DNA of 64,000 nt from Candidatus Epulonipiscium sp. (GCA_012799415.1 JAAZLH010000161.1:217-64216); one strand, 5' to 3'; counted from the stretch's first letter, positions 10,869-20,242 are shown. The notes: generated from the letters alone by a model not told the origin. Made by a program: numbers and translations.

Positions 10869-10965
10869 CCCAATAAGCCTCCTCGCATAGTCCTTTTTTA
10901 TAGTACAAAGGCGTACCCAAGCCCCCCTTGAGAACGCCTTTGTTGCCGTTATATAAACTTGATTT

Positions 10966-10993
10966 ATTATATCATACCTTCTTTAAATGTCAA
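10966..10993 (-). promoter_or_regulatory. Sigma-A type promoter for glnN
   Basis: On the minus strand: TTGACA, a 16-nt spacer ending in TGa, then TATAAT. It sits directly after the yunB stop, about 95 nt upstream of the glnN ATG. Confidence 0.6.
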
Positions 10994-11005
10994 TTTTTCT
11001 TTCTT

Positions 11006-11716
11006 TTATTTTGTATCTAAATAAGGATACCTAAATTCCAAAGATTCCTGATTAGGAATGTGGATATAATGAGGAGGCACTGTACCACTCATCACTCGCT
11101 CTACTAAAGTAAATTGCTGAGTAACCTTAATTATATTTTGATCCAGCGGGCTCACGATTTGTAGTTGTGTATGCACATCTAGCCAGATTCGATGATTCAC
11201 TTGATTAATACCCGTGGTTTTAAATTCTGTACCATATTCTATAGTTGCAGTTCCAATCGGAATAACTTCCAGTGGAATAGCGGGCCCTAGGTTAGAAAAA
11301 ATTTGACTCTTCATAATGTTTCCAATAGGAACGGATATAACTGTTTCACCGATGGTATCCAATTCTTCAGCTAAATAGTCAATTACATCGGAACTAAGAA
11401 GGTAAATCTTCATTGTATCGATAGAATAAGCGATGACTTCTTGTTGCTGATTATACTCATAGGATACCAAATCTTTGGATTCCATCTTTTGCTTTGAAAT
11501 TCCTTTTTTAACAGCTTGACTAATGGCTCGACTTGCTATTGTACTAGCTCTATATTCAGCCATAGTTAAAACTGTTGGCATAACATATCGTTCTAAACTA
11601 CGAACAGCATAAAGAAGGATAAATACAATAATAGAGAAAATGAGAACAAATCGAATATAACGATATTTTTTTGATTTCTTTTTCCGTGGTTTTCGTCCTT
11701 TCAAGTTTCGCCTCAT
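11006..11716 (-). CDS. yunB: Sporulation protein YunB
   Basis: Basic N-terminus plus a TM segment. VPIGNIMKSQIFSNLGPAIPL matches the B. subtilis YunB IPLGQVTGNSLLGNLGPKIPV region. I place the start at ATG 11716, preceded by GGAAGGAGGGG; the track start at 11737 is a TTG inside that RBS. Confidence 0.8.
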   Translation of the reverse strand: MRRNLKGRKPRKKKSKKYRYIRFVLIFSIIVFILLYAVRSLERYVMPTVLTMAEYRASTIASRAISQAVKKGISKQKMESKDLVSYEYNQQQEVIAYSIDTMKIYLLSSDVIDYLAEELDTIGETVISVPIGNIMKSQIFSNLGPAIPLEVIPIGTATIEYGTEFKTTGINQVNHRIWLDVHTQLQIVSPLDQNIIKVTQQFTLVERVMSGTVPPHYIHIPNQESLEFRYPYLDTK

Positions 11717-12097
11717 CTTTCCCCTCCTTCCCCTCAAATCTCTAATATCATCCTGTATAAGCTAAGGTTCCGTTTAGAGGGAGTTTTAACTCCCGCTTCA
11801 ACTTGCCTTTGGTACTAGCATCCTTGCAATTATGTAAGCCCTCGGATAAATTCAAATAAATGGGTCTATACTATATGGTATAAGCCTTGAGACGTTACAA
11901 TATCATCTCTTTTATCTATATGTTGTAGAAATGTTTCCTATGAAAAAACAGAATTTCTATCTGTACCTTGGTAATTTCTTTTATTTGAAGAATAGATACC
12001 TGTTTTTTATCCAATGCTCATAATTAGAGCATATTATACCTCTTTTAACAAACTCGATTTTCTGATATAATAGGTGGGATGATAAGGAGGATTGGTT

Positions 12098-14938
12098 ATG
12101 AACTATTCAAAAGAAGCCAATACAAAGAAAAAAAAGAATTATCAATCTAAAAATAAAAAGATTAAGAAAAGAACAGGTATTATTGCTTTTAGAATATTTT
12201 TTATTGCTATTTTAATTGCAGGGTTTGCAGGAGTAGGCTCTGTCCTAGGCGTAGTACTAGGTTTTATTAGTACGGCTCCAGAAATCAATGAAATGTACGT
12301 GACACCTGAAGGATATGCATCCATTATTTATGATGCTGCCGGAAACGAAATTGCTACTCTGTACGGGGATGAAGCCAACCGTATTTATGTAGAGCTCGAT
12401 GAAATACCAGTCCATCTTCAAAAGGCTGTTATTGCTATTGAAGATGAGCGCTTCTACGAACATTTTGGTATTGACTTAAAAGGAATTGCTAGGGCTATTG
12501 TGAAAAACTTGCAAACAGGTTCTTTCTCTGAAGGAGCTAGTACTCTAACTCAGCAAATTATTAAAAATAATGTTCTTTCAAGCGTAAAAGCCTGGGAACG
12601 GAAAATTCAAGAACAATACTTAGCTGTTCAATTAGAAAAGGAAATGGGACCAGACAAAAAAACAAGCAAGGATAAAATCTTAGAAATTTACTTAAATACC
12701 ATTGCTCTTGGACATAACACACTTGGTGTGCAGGCTGCCTCCCATCGATATTTTTATAAGGATGTATCTGAGTTAAGCTTAGGAGAAAGTGCAGTACTTG
12801 CTGCAATTATTCAAAATCCTAGTTATTATACCCCTGTCACTTATCCAGAGAACAACCGCAAGCGCCAACAACGGGTTTTAGACAAGATGTTAGAGCAAGG
12901 CTACATCACAGAAGCAGAACATAAAACTGCCTTAGCGGAAGATGTATATGCAAATATACAGCAAGTAAGCCAAAAATTACAGGCCGAATCTCATAATACG
13001 TATTTTGTAGATGAAGTTGTTAATCTTGTTATGGAAGATTTGCAAATAAAAAAAGGGCTAAACTCTACCCAGGCATATAATCTACTGTTTCGCGGTGGGC
13101 TTAGTATTTATACGACTCAAAGCCCTAAAATACAAGAAATTGTTGATCGCGCCTATACCAATGAGGAACTTTTCCCTCCAAAAAGCATGGATTATGAAAT
13201 TAAGGCTATGTATGAAATCTCTGTACAACATAAAGATAAAGAAAAAGGGCTTAAACATTACTACCGTGAAAAACTACTTCCTAATCCGGAAAGTATTGAT
13301 ACTTTTATTGCTTCTATAAAAGAAGAAATTGTTGAGCCTGGCGATAAGATTGTAAATGAAAAATTACTCAAAGCACTTCAACCCCAATCTGCCTTTGTTA
13401 TTATGGATCATGAAACTGGGGAAGTTCAAGCCATCGCTGGTGGACGAGGTCCAAAAGAGGCTAGCCAAACGTTCAATAGAGCCACTCGTTCTTTAAGACA
13501 GCCAGGCTCTGTATTCAAAGTTTTGGCTTCTTATGCACCTGCTGTTGATGCTATGGGTTATACCCCTGCCACAGTGATCGATGACGTCCCTCTTTCTATA
13601 GAAATTCCTGGCCAACCTGTTTATCAACCTCGAAACTGGTATGACCATCAACAATTCAATTATTGGGGACTATCACCTGTACGCTTAGGTATTGAACAAT
13701 CTATGAATATATTAGCTGTCAAAACATTGATGTCCGTCGGCATTAATACAAGCTTTGACTACTTATTAAACTTTGGATTTACAACCCTAATTGATACTGT
13801 GGATGCAAGCGGAAGAACAGATAAAACGCCTTCTCTTGCATTGGGCGGCATCACTGGAGTAAACCTCCTAGAACTCACAGCTGCTTATGGTGCAATAGCT
13901 AACAATGGAGTTTATGTAAAACCTATTTTCTATACAAAAATCCTTGACCACGATGGTAATTTACTAATTGAAAATACACCTAGTACCAGACGAGTGCTAA
14001 AAGATACCTCTGCCTTTTTGCTAACAGATATGATGAAAGGAGTACTTACAAGAGGTACGGGCCGTCTAGCTCAATTTAGTAAGATTAAAATGCCTCTGGC
14101 AGGTAAAACAGGAACCACTAATGACGATAAAGATTTAATTTTTGTTGGATATAGTCCTTACTATGTAGCTGGAATTTGGATGGGACACGATACACCAAAG
14201 CGCCTACGGTATGATAAAAGCTACCATAATATTATTTGGAAAACCATTATGGAAGAAATTCATCAGGAGCTTCCTTATAAAGAATTCCCTACTCCTAATA
14301 ATATTGTGAGTGTACAAATTTGCGCCGATTCTGGTAAGCTAGCTGTAGATGGCCTATGTAATTTAGACCCTAGAGGCTCTCGTCTCCGAACAGAACTTTT
14401 TGTAGTGGGTACAGAACCTAAAGAACCTTGTGATGTTCATGAGAAACATGTAGTCTGCTCAGCCTCTGGCCGTCTTGTAACTGAATATTGTCCAGAAGAT
14501 GAACATGTGGAAAAAGTCTTTATTCGAAGACCTACTCCTGTTCCTCCTGAACTCTTTGCTGATGCTAAGCCCCCTCGCATCCGTGATGCAGAATACGAAG
14601 TTCCTACAAATTTAGAAGAAGCTTACTGTGATGTACATGGGCCCCATACTACTGATCCGGATTTACCAAACCTACCTTGGGATGATTTTTACAATCCTGG
14701 TGATCCTAATGATACGGAAGATCCCGAAATTAATAATCCAGGCAATGAAAACAATGGCAACGGAAACAATAGCCCTGGGAACGGAAATAACGGTAATGGT
14801 AATAACAACGGGAACGGAAATAATGGCAACGAAAATAACGAACACAATAATGTGCCCTTTGATCCTTTTGCTCCACCCCAATCTAGTATTAGTGATCCTA
14901 GTGTCAGCGTAGATAGTTTTTCTTATCCCAAATATTAA
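12098..14938 (+). CDS. Class A penicillin-binding protein (PBP1A-type transglycosylase/transpeptidase) with a low-complexity Asn/Gly tail
   Basis: GT51 motifs are EDERFYEHFGID and GASTLTQQ. The transpeptidase motif is SVFK (SxxK), with KTGTT. An N-terminal TM anchor is present. The ATG at 12098 lies 7 nt after AGGAGG. Confidence 0.9.
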   Translation: MNYSKEANTKKKKNYQSKNKKIKKRTGIIAFRIFFIAILIAGFAGVGSVLGVVLGFISTAPEINEMYVTPEGYASIIYDAAGNEIATLYGDEANRIYVELDEIPVHLQKAVIAIEDERFYEHFGIDLKGIARAIVKNLQTGSFSEGASTLTQQIIKNNVLSSVKAWERKIQEQYLAVQLEKEMGPDKKTSKDKILEIYLNTIALGHNTLGVQAASHRYFYKDVSELSLGESAVLAAIIQNPSYYTPVTYPENNRKRQQRVLDKMLEQGYITEAEHKTALAEDVYANIQQVSQKLQAESHNTYFVDEVVNLVMEDLQIKKGLNSTQAYNLLFRGGLSIYTTQSPKIQEIVDRAYTNEELFPPKSMDYEIKAMYEISVQHKDKEKGLKHYYREKLLPNPESIDTFIASIKEEIVEPGDKIVNEKLLKALQPQSAFVIMDHETGEVQAIAGGRGPKEASQTFNRATRSLRQPGSVFKVLASYAPAVDAMGYTPATVIDDVPLSIEIPGQPVYQPRNWYDHQQFNYWGLSPVRLGIEQSMNILAVKTLMSVGINTSFDYLLNFGFTTLIDTVDASGRTDKTPSLALGGITGVNLLELTAAYGAIANNGVYVKPIFYTKILDHDGNLLIENTPSTRRVLKDTSAFLLTDMMKGVLTRGTGRLAQFSKIKMPLAGKTGTTNDDKDLIFVGYSPYYVAGIWMGHDTPKRLRYDKSYHNIIWKTIMEEIHQELPYKEFPTPNNIVSVQICADSGKLAVDGLCNLDPRGSRLRTELFVVGTEPKEPCDVHEKHVVCSASGRLVTEYCPEDEHVEKVFIRRPTPVPPELFADAKPPRIRDAEYEVPTNLEEAYCDVHGPHTTDPDLPNLPWDDFYNPGDPNDTEDPEINNPGNENNGNGNNSPGNGNNGNGNNNGNGNNGNENNEHNNVPFDPFAPPQSSISDPSVSVDSFSYPKY

Positions 14939-14964
14939 AAATCAATCATCGACAAACTAAAACA

Positions 14965-15000
14965 AAAAAGTTTCTTCCAGTAATATGGAAGAAACTTTTT
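14965..15000. terminator. Bidirectional terminator between the convergent PBP gene and spoVAE
   Basis: 14-bp stem AAAAAGTTTCTTCC/GGAAGAAACTTTTT, flanked by A-runs and T-runs on both sides. Confidence 0.8.
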
Positions 15001-15004
15001 TGTT

Positions 15005-15361
15005 TTATTCTTTTGCCTTTGGATTAAAAATAACAGCCGATAAAAATCCAAATAAAATGGCAGCAGTAACACCTGCAGCAGTTGCTTTTAATCCACCTGT
15101 GAAGATACCAAAGAAGCCATCATTGGTCACATCTTCCATTACACCTTTGGCTAGGGCATATCCAAATCCTACAATGGGAACTGTCGCTCCTGCTCCACCA
15201 AACTCAACGATAGGTTGATAAAGACCAAGCCCTGTTAGCAACGTACCTGCAACAACAAAAATAACCAATATTCTACCAGACATTAGTTTTGTTCGATCCA
15301 TTAAAATCTGTCCAATAATACAGATAATTCCACCTACCAAAAATGCTTTTAGATATTCCAT
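15005..15361 (-). CDS. spoVAE: Stage V sporulation protein AE (SpoVAEB-type)
   Basis: 118 aa. FLVGGIICIIGQILMD, FGGAGATVPIVGFG and AAILFGFL closely parallel B. subtilis SpoVAEB. Confidence 0.85.
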   Translation of the reverse strand: MEYLKAFLVGGIICIIGQILMDRTKLMSGRILVIFVVAGTLLTGLGLYQPIVEFGGAGATVPIVGFGYALAKGVMEDVTNDGFFGIFTGGLKATAAGVTAAILFGFLSAVIFNPKAKE

Positions 15362-15372
15362 ATGGAAACCTC

Positions 15373-16395
15373 CTATTCCAAACTACTTTCTATAACAACA
15401 GCGTGAGCAATCCCAGGAATACTTTCTCCTTGTTGGGTGCTTAAAGGACTAAGAAGTGCTCCTGTTGGTATGAAAAGCACCTTTTTAAAGGTTTCTTTTT
15501 GCATCTCTTTTAAAATATATCCTGTAAAAGTCACACCTGCACATGCGCATCCACTACCACCGGCATGAGTATCTTGAGTATCAGCATCAAAGATTTCCAC
15601 ACCACAATCTGTATAATTTTTACTCAAGTCATATCCCTGCTCATTTGCCATTTCTATTACCAACTGCTTACCTACACTGCCTAAATCTCCTGTAACAATC
15701 AAATCATAATCTTCTGGCTTGCGATTTGTATCAATAAAATGCTGAATCATTGTATCTACTGCAGCTGGTACCATAGAAGCTCCCATATTCATGGGATCTT
15801 TTATGCCAAAATCAACAACCTTCCCTATGGTTGCATAAGTAATATAGGGGCCGGTCCCTTTTTTACTAAGAACAACAGCACCACTTCCTGTTACTGTCCA
15901 ACTAGCGGTAAGAGGACGTTGAGTTCCTAATTGTAAAGGAGAACGAAATTGTTTTTCTGCACTACTATGATGACTAGATGTTGCTCCAACAATATAATCT
16001 GCATATCCCCCATCAATCATCATTGCGCCTAAAGCCATTGACTCAGCCATAGTAGAACAAGCTCCATACAGGCCTAAGAAGGGACGTTTTAACTCCCTCA
16101 TAGCAAATGTTGTAGCGATTAACTGATCCAGTAAATCTCCTGCAAGAATATATTGAATTTGCTCCATATTGATTTTTGCATTTGAAACTGCTTGCTGTAT
16201 TGCTTCCTTTAAGAGCTTGGTTTCTGCTTTTTCCCAAGTATCTTCTCCCCATAAAATATCATCTAAAATCAGATCAAAATAAGAAGCTAGAGGACCTTTT
16301 CCTTCCTTTGGCCCTACTATAGAGGCTGCTGATAAAATAGTGGGTGGTTTCTCAAATCGTACACTTTGCTCGCCAAGATGTTTTTGCACTGTCAA
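15373..16395 (-). CDS. spoVAD: Stage V sporulation protein AD
   Basis: 340 aa with a thiolase-like fold and the motif ASIVGPKEGKGPL. It sits between spoVAC and spoVAE. The start may be the GTG at 16389. Confidence 0.9.
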   Translation of the reverse strand: MTVQKHLGEQSVRFEKPPTILSAASIVGPKEGKGPLASYFDLILDDILWGEDTWEKAETKLLKEAIQQAVSNAKINMEQIQYILAGDLLDQLIATTFAMRELKRPFLGLYGACSTMAESMALGAMMIDGGYADYIVGATSSHHSSAEKQFRSPLQLGTQRPLTASWTVTGSGAVVLSKKGTGPYITYATIGKVVDFGIKDPMNMGASMVPAAVDTMIQHFIDTNRKPEDYDLIVTGDLGSVGKQLVIEMANEQGYDLSKNYTDCGVEIFDADTQDTHAGGSGCACAGVTFTGYILKEMQKETFKKVLFIPTGALLSPLSTQQGESIPGIAHAVVIESSLE

Positions 16396-16412
16396 TCCCC
16401 TTCCTTTTATAT

Positions 16413-16859
16413 TTAATGAATAAAATAGTGATATAAACCCACTAATACAGATGCAATGACTCCATAAACAATGACAGGGCCTGCCACAGTAAACATCTTA
16501 GCCCCTAATCCAAAGATATAGCCTTCTTTTTTAAATTCTATAGCTGGAGAAGCAACTGCGTTTGCAAACCCTGTGATAGGAATAACAGAACCTGCTCCTG
16601 CATATCTTCCAATACTGTCATAAACATCAATTCCTGTTAAAAAAATACTAATAAAAATAAGACTAATGCTAGTAATCATAGAAGCATCATCTTTGTTATA
16701 TCCTAAACTTTTAATAACATTTATCATTACTTGTCCAAAAGTACAGATAAGCCCTCCTACAAAAAAAGCCCAAGCACAATTGACTATTAAATTTGATTTA
16801 GGTGAAACTTCATCTACCCGCTTTTGAAATTTCTGTTTTTTGTTTTGTCCTTGATCCAT
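16413..16859 (-). CDS. spoVAC: Stage V sporulation protein AC
   Basis: 148-aa membrane protein with the GAGSVIPITGFANA motif, in the canonical operon position. Confidence 0.9.
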   Translation of the reverse strand: MDQGQNKKQKFQKRVDEVSPKSNLIVNCAWAFFVGGLICTFGQVMINVIKSLGYNKDDASMITSISLIFISIFLTGIDVYDSIGRYAGAGSVIPITGFANAVASPAIEFKKEGYIFGLGAKMFTVAGPVIVYGVIASVLVGLYHYFIH

Positions 16860-16919
16860 GGTAAAACCTCCTGTTTTACACTCTATAGAATAAAAAATAT
16901 GCCTTGATTGTTTTTGTTT

Positions 16920-17345
16920 TTATTGATTCACTCCAAGCACTAAAAAATGCGCCAAAGAACCTATCAGCTTGCCAAGTGCTATGGATAGAAGTAAAATTGC
17001 TACTCCTTGTTTTATGCTAACCCGCTCAGTCATAACTGGAAATACATCAATTACTTCTGCTAAGGAAACAGCCAATGTCCCAACAAATATACCTATTAAT
17101 AAAGCTGAAATCACAACTGCGATAGATCCCAAAGGAATTTGAAAATGAAAAATCATAGAAAGTGTTCCAAAAACACCACCTGCTGTAATGCAATCTTCAT
17201 ATAATGGAATATAATGAGACGTCTTTGTTTTGTTAGCCATAGTTGGAATAATCCCAATTCCTGCGATAAATCCAAAAACACCACCTGCTACAATCCCTCC
17301 TGCCCCAAATCCAATCAAAATTAAAATTAACCCTTTCCACCACAT
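16920..17345 (-). CDS. spoVAB: Stage V sporulation protein AB
   Basis: 141 aa, the same length as B. subtilis SpoVAB. Shared features are GxGGGIxxG, IIP, LAxSLxEVxxVxP and IALGKLxGSLxH. Confidence 0.8.
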   Translation of the reverse strand: MWWKGLILILIGFGAGGIVAGGVFGFIAGIGIIPTMANKTKTSHYIPLYEDCITAGGVFGTLSMIFHFQIPLGSIAVVISALLIGIFVGTLAVSLAEVIDVFPVMTERVSIKQGVAILLLSIALGKLIGSLAHFLVLGVNQ

Positions 17346-17347
17346 AA

Positions 17348-17971
17348 TTAATCCCCTTCTTTTTCTTCATTTAAAAAGGCGACCATACTTTCTTCAACAT
17401 CTTTTTGATAGGTAACCATCTCCACTTCTATAGGAGTAGGGTCTTCTGAAAAACGTTTGGAAAAAAAGTGGTTAAAGAAAATTACAATTCCTAGAAATAA
17501 TCCTATAGAATAAGGTATTTCTATCAAATAAGGGTCTTCTATTCTAGTTCCCATTAAAATCTCATAAATATCTTGGAAAGTTTCTGAAATACCTACATCT
17601 GTATGAAAAGTCATAATGGTAATAGCTGATCCTGCAAAAACAGTAAGTCCAATAAAAACAATTTTAATTCCCAACCATAGCTTAGATACTTTGACCCTTT
17701 CAGGGTGATATTCAATCAACACATTCTCTGCGCCTATATTGGAAATATCTACATCTGAAAACGATTCTTTAACCTTTTTAATTATATCCATAATAGAAAT
17801 GACATAAGTTCTTTTCTTTTCTTCTGGAATGTCTAATAATTTAAGTTGTTCAATTTTATTTTTTAATTGAGGTGGGGCAATAACATCTGCTACATCCTGG
17901 ATACGTATTTGCCTTTTTCCTTCAATCAAATATTTTGTTTTTGAATTAATGTAAATAACCATGGAATTCAC
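17348..17971 (-). CDS. spoVAA: Stage V sporulation protein AA
   Basis: 207 aa. DPYLIEIPYSIGLFLGIVIFFNHF and PTPIEVEM match the B. subtilis SpoVAA C-terminal region. Confidence 0.85.
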   Translation of the reverse strand: MNSMVIYINSKTKYLIEGKRQIRIQDVADVIAPPQLKNKIEQLKLLDIPEEKKRTYVISIMDIIKKVKESFSDVDISNIGAENVLIEYHPERVKVSKLWLGIKIVFIGLTVFAGSAITIMTFHTDVGISETFQDIYEILMGTRIEDPYLIEIPYSIGLFLGIVIFFNHFFSKRFSEDPTPIEVEMVTYQKDVEESMVAFLNEEKEGD

Positions 17972-18257
17972 CTAAAAAAGCATGCTGTAACAGCTCTTCA
18001 CTTTCTATTATTTCCTCTATACTATAACTATCTTCTTTTGTTAACAACTCTTCAATAGCTTTACTTTCTAGTTCTATATCTTTTATATCCTTGTTTGCTG
18101 GCACTGTATCATCTATTATACTCATCACAAAAATTCCTTTTGATATAATAGGACGATTCTTTGCTTGATAAAAATGATATACTAGAATAGATCCTAAACA
18201 AATAATACAAATGCCCATCACAAGTAATATCCATTTTTTTCTTATACTTAACTCCAT
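17946..18257 (-). CDS. Hypothetical small membrane-anchored protein at the head of the spoVA cluster
   Basis: 103-aa ORF with a GGAGGAGAA RBS and one N-terminal TM segment (WILLVMGICIICLGSILVY). Its 3' end overlaps the spoVAA start. Confidence 0.45.
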   Translation of the reverse strand: MELSIRKKWILLVMGICIICLGSILVYHFYQAKNRPIISKGIFVMSIIDDTVPANKDIKDIELESKAIEELLTKEDSYSIEEIIESEELLQHAFLGEFHGYLH

Positions 18258-18452
18258 TTGGTTTCTCCTCCTTTATATCACATAGTCGATTAATATTATA
18301 TTAATCTTAAATTATTTTTTAGATTTTATTTAAAGTTTCTTCTATCTTTATTTTAAAACAAAATCATTTCTTTATGCTAACAACAAATTCCAATATCATA
18401 AGAAGATTTTAGTAGCCTATAAGGAAAGAACTTTTTTTGAGATAAAAAAAAA

Positions 18453-18467
18453 GTGCAAAAATGCACC
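18453..18467 (-). terminator. Weak terminator after sigF
   Basis: Short stem GGTGCA/TGCACC followed by a 9-T run on the minus strand. Confidence 0.5.
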
Positions 18468-18476
18468 TTCTCAAGC

Positions 18477-18526
18477 GAACTAGGAGAGTTTACTTCCTTG
18501 TAAGCAAGATAAACTTTTCTAGTTCA
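18477..18526. repeat. 50-nt palindromic intergenic repeat, copy B
   Basis: GAACTAGGAGAGTTTACTTCCTTGTAAGCAAGATAAACTTTTCTAGTTCA, lying immediately 3' of the sigF stop. Confidence 0.75.
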
Positions 18527-18541
18527 AAAAAAGAAATGTCA

Positions 18542-19294
18542 CTATGAGCCAAACATTTCCCTCATTTGAATTAAAATTCTTTTTTCAATTCTTGATACTT
18601 GTACTTGTGATATTCCAATCATCTTCGCAATTTCAGATTGAGTTTTATCCTTAAAATATCTCATAAAAATAATTTCTCTCTCTTTAGGTTCTAGCTTCTC
18701 AATCATTTGCCGCAAAGCAATCATATCTATCATTGTATTTTCTTCATCGATTTTTTGTTCTAATTTATCAATTAAAAATATAGGATTTCCATCTCCTTGA
18801 TGAATCGTACTATATAAAGATTCTACGTCGGCACCTGCTTCCAAAGCCATAACCAGATCCTCTACTGGAACATCCATGATATCTGCTAATTCTTGAATTG
18901 TCGGTTCTCTACCTCTATCTTTGGTCATTTTTTCTTTTTCTATTCTAGCTTTTTGTGCAATTTCTTTTAAGGAACGACTGACTTTAATCATACCGTCATC
19001 TCGTAAAAATCGCTTAATTTCTCCCATAATCATAGGCACGGCATAAGTAGAAAAACGAACGTCATAACTTAAATCAAACTTATCAATAGATTTAATCAAA
19101 CCTATACTTCCGATCTGAAAGAGATCTTCTAACTCATGCCCACGATTCTTAAATCGCTTTACAATGCTCCAGACCAAGCCTATATTTCCTTCTACTAATT
19201 GGTCACGAGCAACTTTATCACCTGCTTGGGCTTTTTTAATGAGTTCTACGGTTTTTTCCATTCTTTCCACACCTTCTTTTTGGTTTTCATACAC
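18542..19294 (-). CDS. sigF: RNA polymerase sporulation sigma factor F
   Basis: Sigma-70 regions 2-4 are present ([48 protein letters not shown]). It follows spoIIAB. An alternative start is the ATG at 19261. Confidence 0.9.
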   Translation of the reverse strand: MYENQKEGVERMEKTVELIKKAQAGDKVARDQLVEGNIGLVWSIVKRFKNRGHELEDLFQIGSIGLIKSIDKFDLSYDVRFSTYAVPMIMGEIKRFLRDDGMIKVSRSLKEIAQKARIEKEKMTKDRGREPTIQELADIMDVPVEDLVMALEAGADVESLYSTIHQGDGNPIFLIDKLEQKIDEENTMIDMIALRQMIEKLEPKEREIIFMRYFKDKTQSEIAKMIGISQVQVSRIEKRILIQMREMFGS

Positions 19295-19715
19295 TATGCA
19301 GCCGTTTGTTCATGCATATCGTGGTCCCCTGTCCTAATATGGATTGCACTACTATTTCATCCATAAAGGTTTCCATTACCGTAAATCCCATCCCTGAACG
19401 TTCTAATTCTGGTTTTGAAGTATAAAGTGGTTCCATGGCTTGCTCAATATTGTGGATCCCCTTACCCCTATCCTGAATTTCAATAGACACTAAATTTCCT
19501 TCTAAACGACAACTTACATAGATAATTCCATCTCCATTTTCATATCCGTGAATCACTGCATTGGTAACCGCTTCTGAAACTGCTGTTTTAATATCAGAAA
19601 TTTCTTCTAGAGTCGGATCCAGCTGAGAAACAAAAGCTGCTACTGCCACCCTTGCAAACGCTTCATTTTGGGATTTACTCATAAACTCCAACTTCATTTC
19701 ATTTTCATATTGCAT
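19287..19715 (-). CDS. spoIIAB: Anti-sigma F factor (serine kinase) SpoIIAB
   Basis: 142 aa with HATPase_c motifs ([20 protein letters not shown]). Confidence 0.9.
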   Translation of the reverse strand: MQYENEMKLEFMSKSQNEAFARVAVAAFVSQLDPTLEEISDIKTAVSEAVTNAVIHGYENGDGIIYVSCRLEGNLVSIEIQDRGKGIHNIEQAMEPLYTSKPELERSGMGFTVMETFMDEIVVQSILGQGTTICMNKRLHSV

Positions 19716-19726
19716 TTTTTTTCCCC

Positions 19727-20065
19727 CTATTGCAGCATTTTTATTGCTTCGTCCATCTGTTCATATTTATGAATAATTTTATGTAATCCAGATAATTGAA
19801 AGACCCTTTCAATTTGAGGTTGCAAATGGACAATTGCTACTTGTCCTCCCTGCTGACTAATATTACGATATCGCCCCATGATAACACCAATACCTGAGCT
19901 ATCCATAAAGGTAATATCTGAAAAATCAAAGATAATATTCCTTGCATAAGATCGATCATAAGCTTTATCTATTTTCTCTCTTAGCATTTCTGAACTATGA
20001 TGATCAATCTCCCCTTGTATTTTTACAATCATATTTCTACCTTGTACTTTACACGCTAATTTCAA
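19727..20065 (-). CDS. spoIIAA: Anti-sigma F factor antagonist SpoIIAA (STAS domain)
   Basis: 112 aa. [14 protein letters not shown] contains the phosphorylatable serine. TTG start after GGAGGT. Confidence 0.9.
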   Translation of the reverse strand: MKLACKVQGRNMIVKIQGEIDHHSSEMLREKIDKAYDRSYARNIIFDFSDITFMDSSGIGVIMGRYRNISQQGGQVAIVHLQPQIERVFQLSGLHKIIHKYEQMDEAIKMLQ

Positions 20066-20192
20066 GTCATTACCTCCTTCTTCCTTTTATAGATAAACTT
20101 GTCCATATTTATATTATATGCAATATTCCTTTTTTTGTAAAGCAAAACTTATATATCTAGATATGCGCACAAAAAGTGTACATTTTCCAAGT

Positions 20193-20242
20193 AAACTAGG
20201 AAAGTTTGATTCCTTGCAATCAAGGCAAACTTTCTTTGTTCA
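20193..20242. repeat. 50-nt palindromic intergenic repeat, copy C
   Basis: AAACTAGGAAAGTTTGATTCCTTGCAATCAAGGCAAACTTTCTTTGTTCA. It lies between the terminator of the TPR gene and the spoIIA promoter region. Confidence 0.75.

Noticed and set aside
10869-10965. A glutamine (glnA-motif) riboswitch or T-box upstream of glutamine synthetase.
   Set aside because: The leader lacks the conserved glnA-motif elements I recall (for example the GGAAGUA-type segment), and it has no T-box sequence. Only a generic GC-rich hairpin can be supported.
14740-14850. Short tandem repeats (aacggaaataacggt-like) considered as a CRISPR array or non-coding satellite.
   Set aside because: The units are 6-15 nt with no spacers. 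They lie in frame within the PBP ORF and encode an N/G-rich tail. This is not a CRISPR array.
20123-20131. A sigma-H type promoter for spoIIA, with a -35-like AAGGAATAT on the minus strand.
   Set aside because: I could not find a convincing GAAT-type -10 element at the proper spacing. A promoter must exist in 20066..20192, but I cannot place it.
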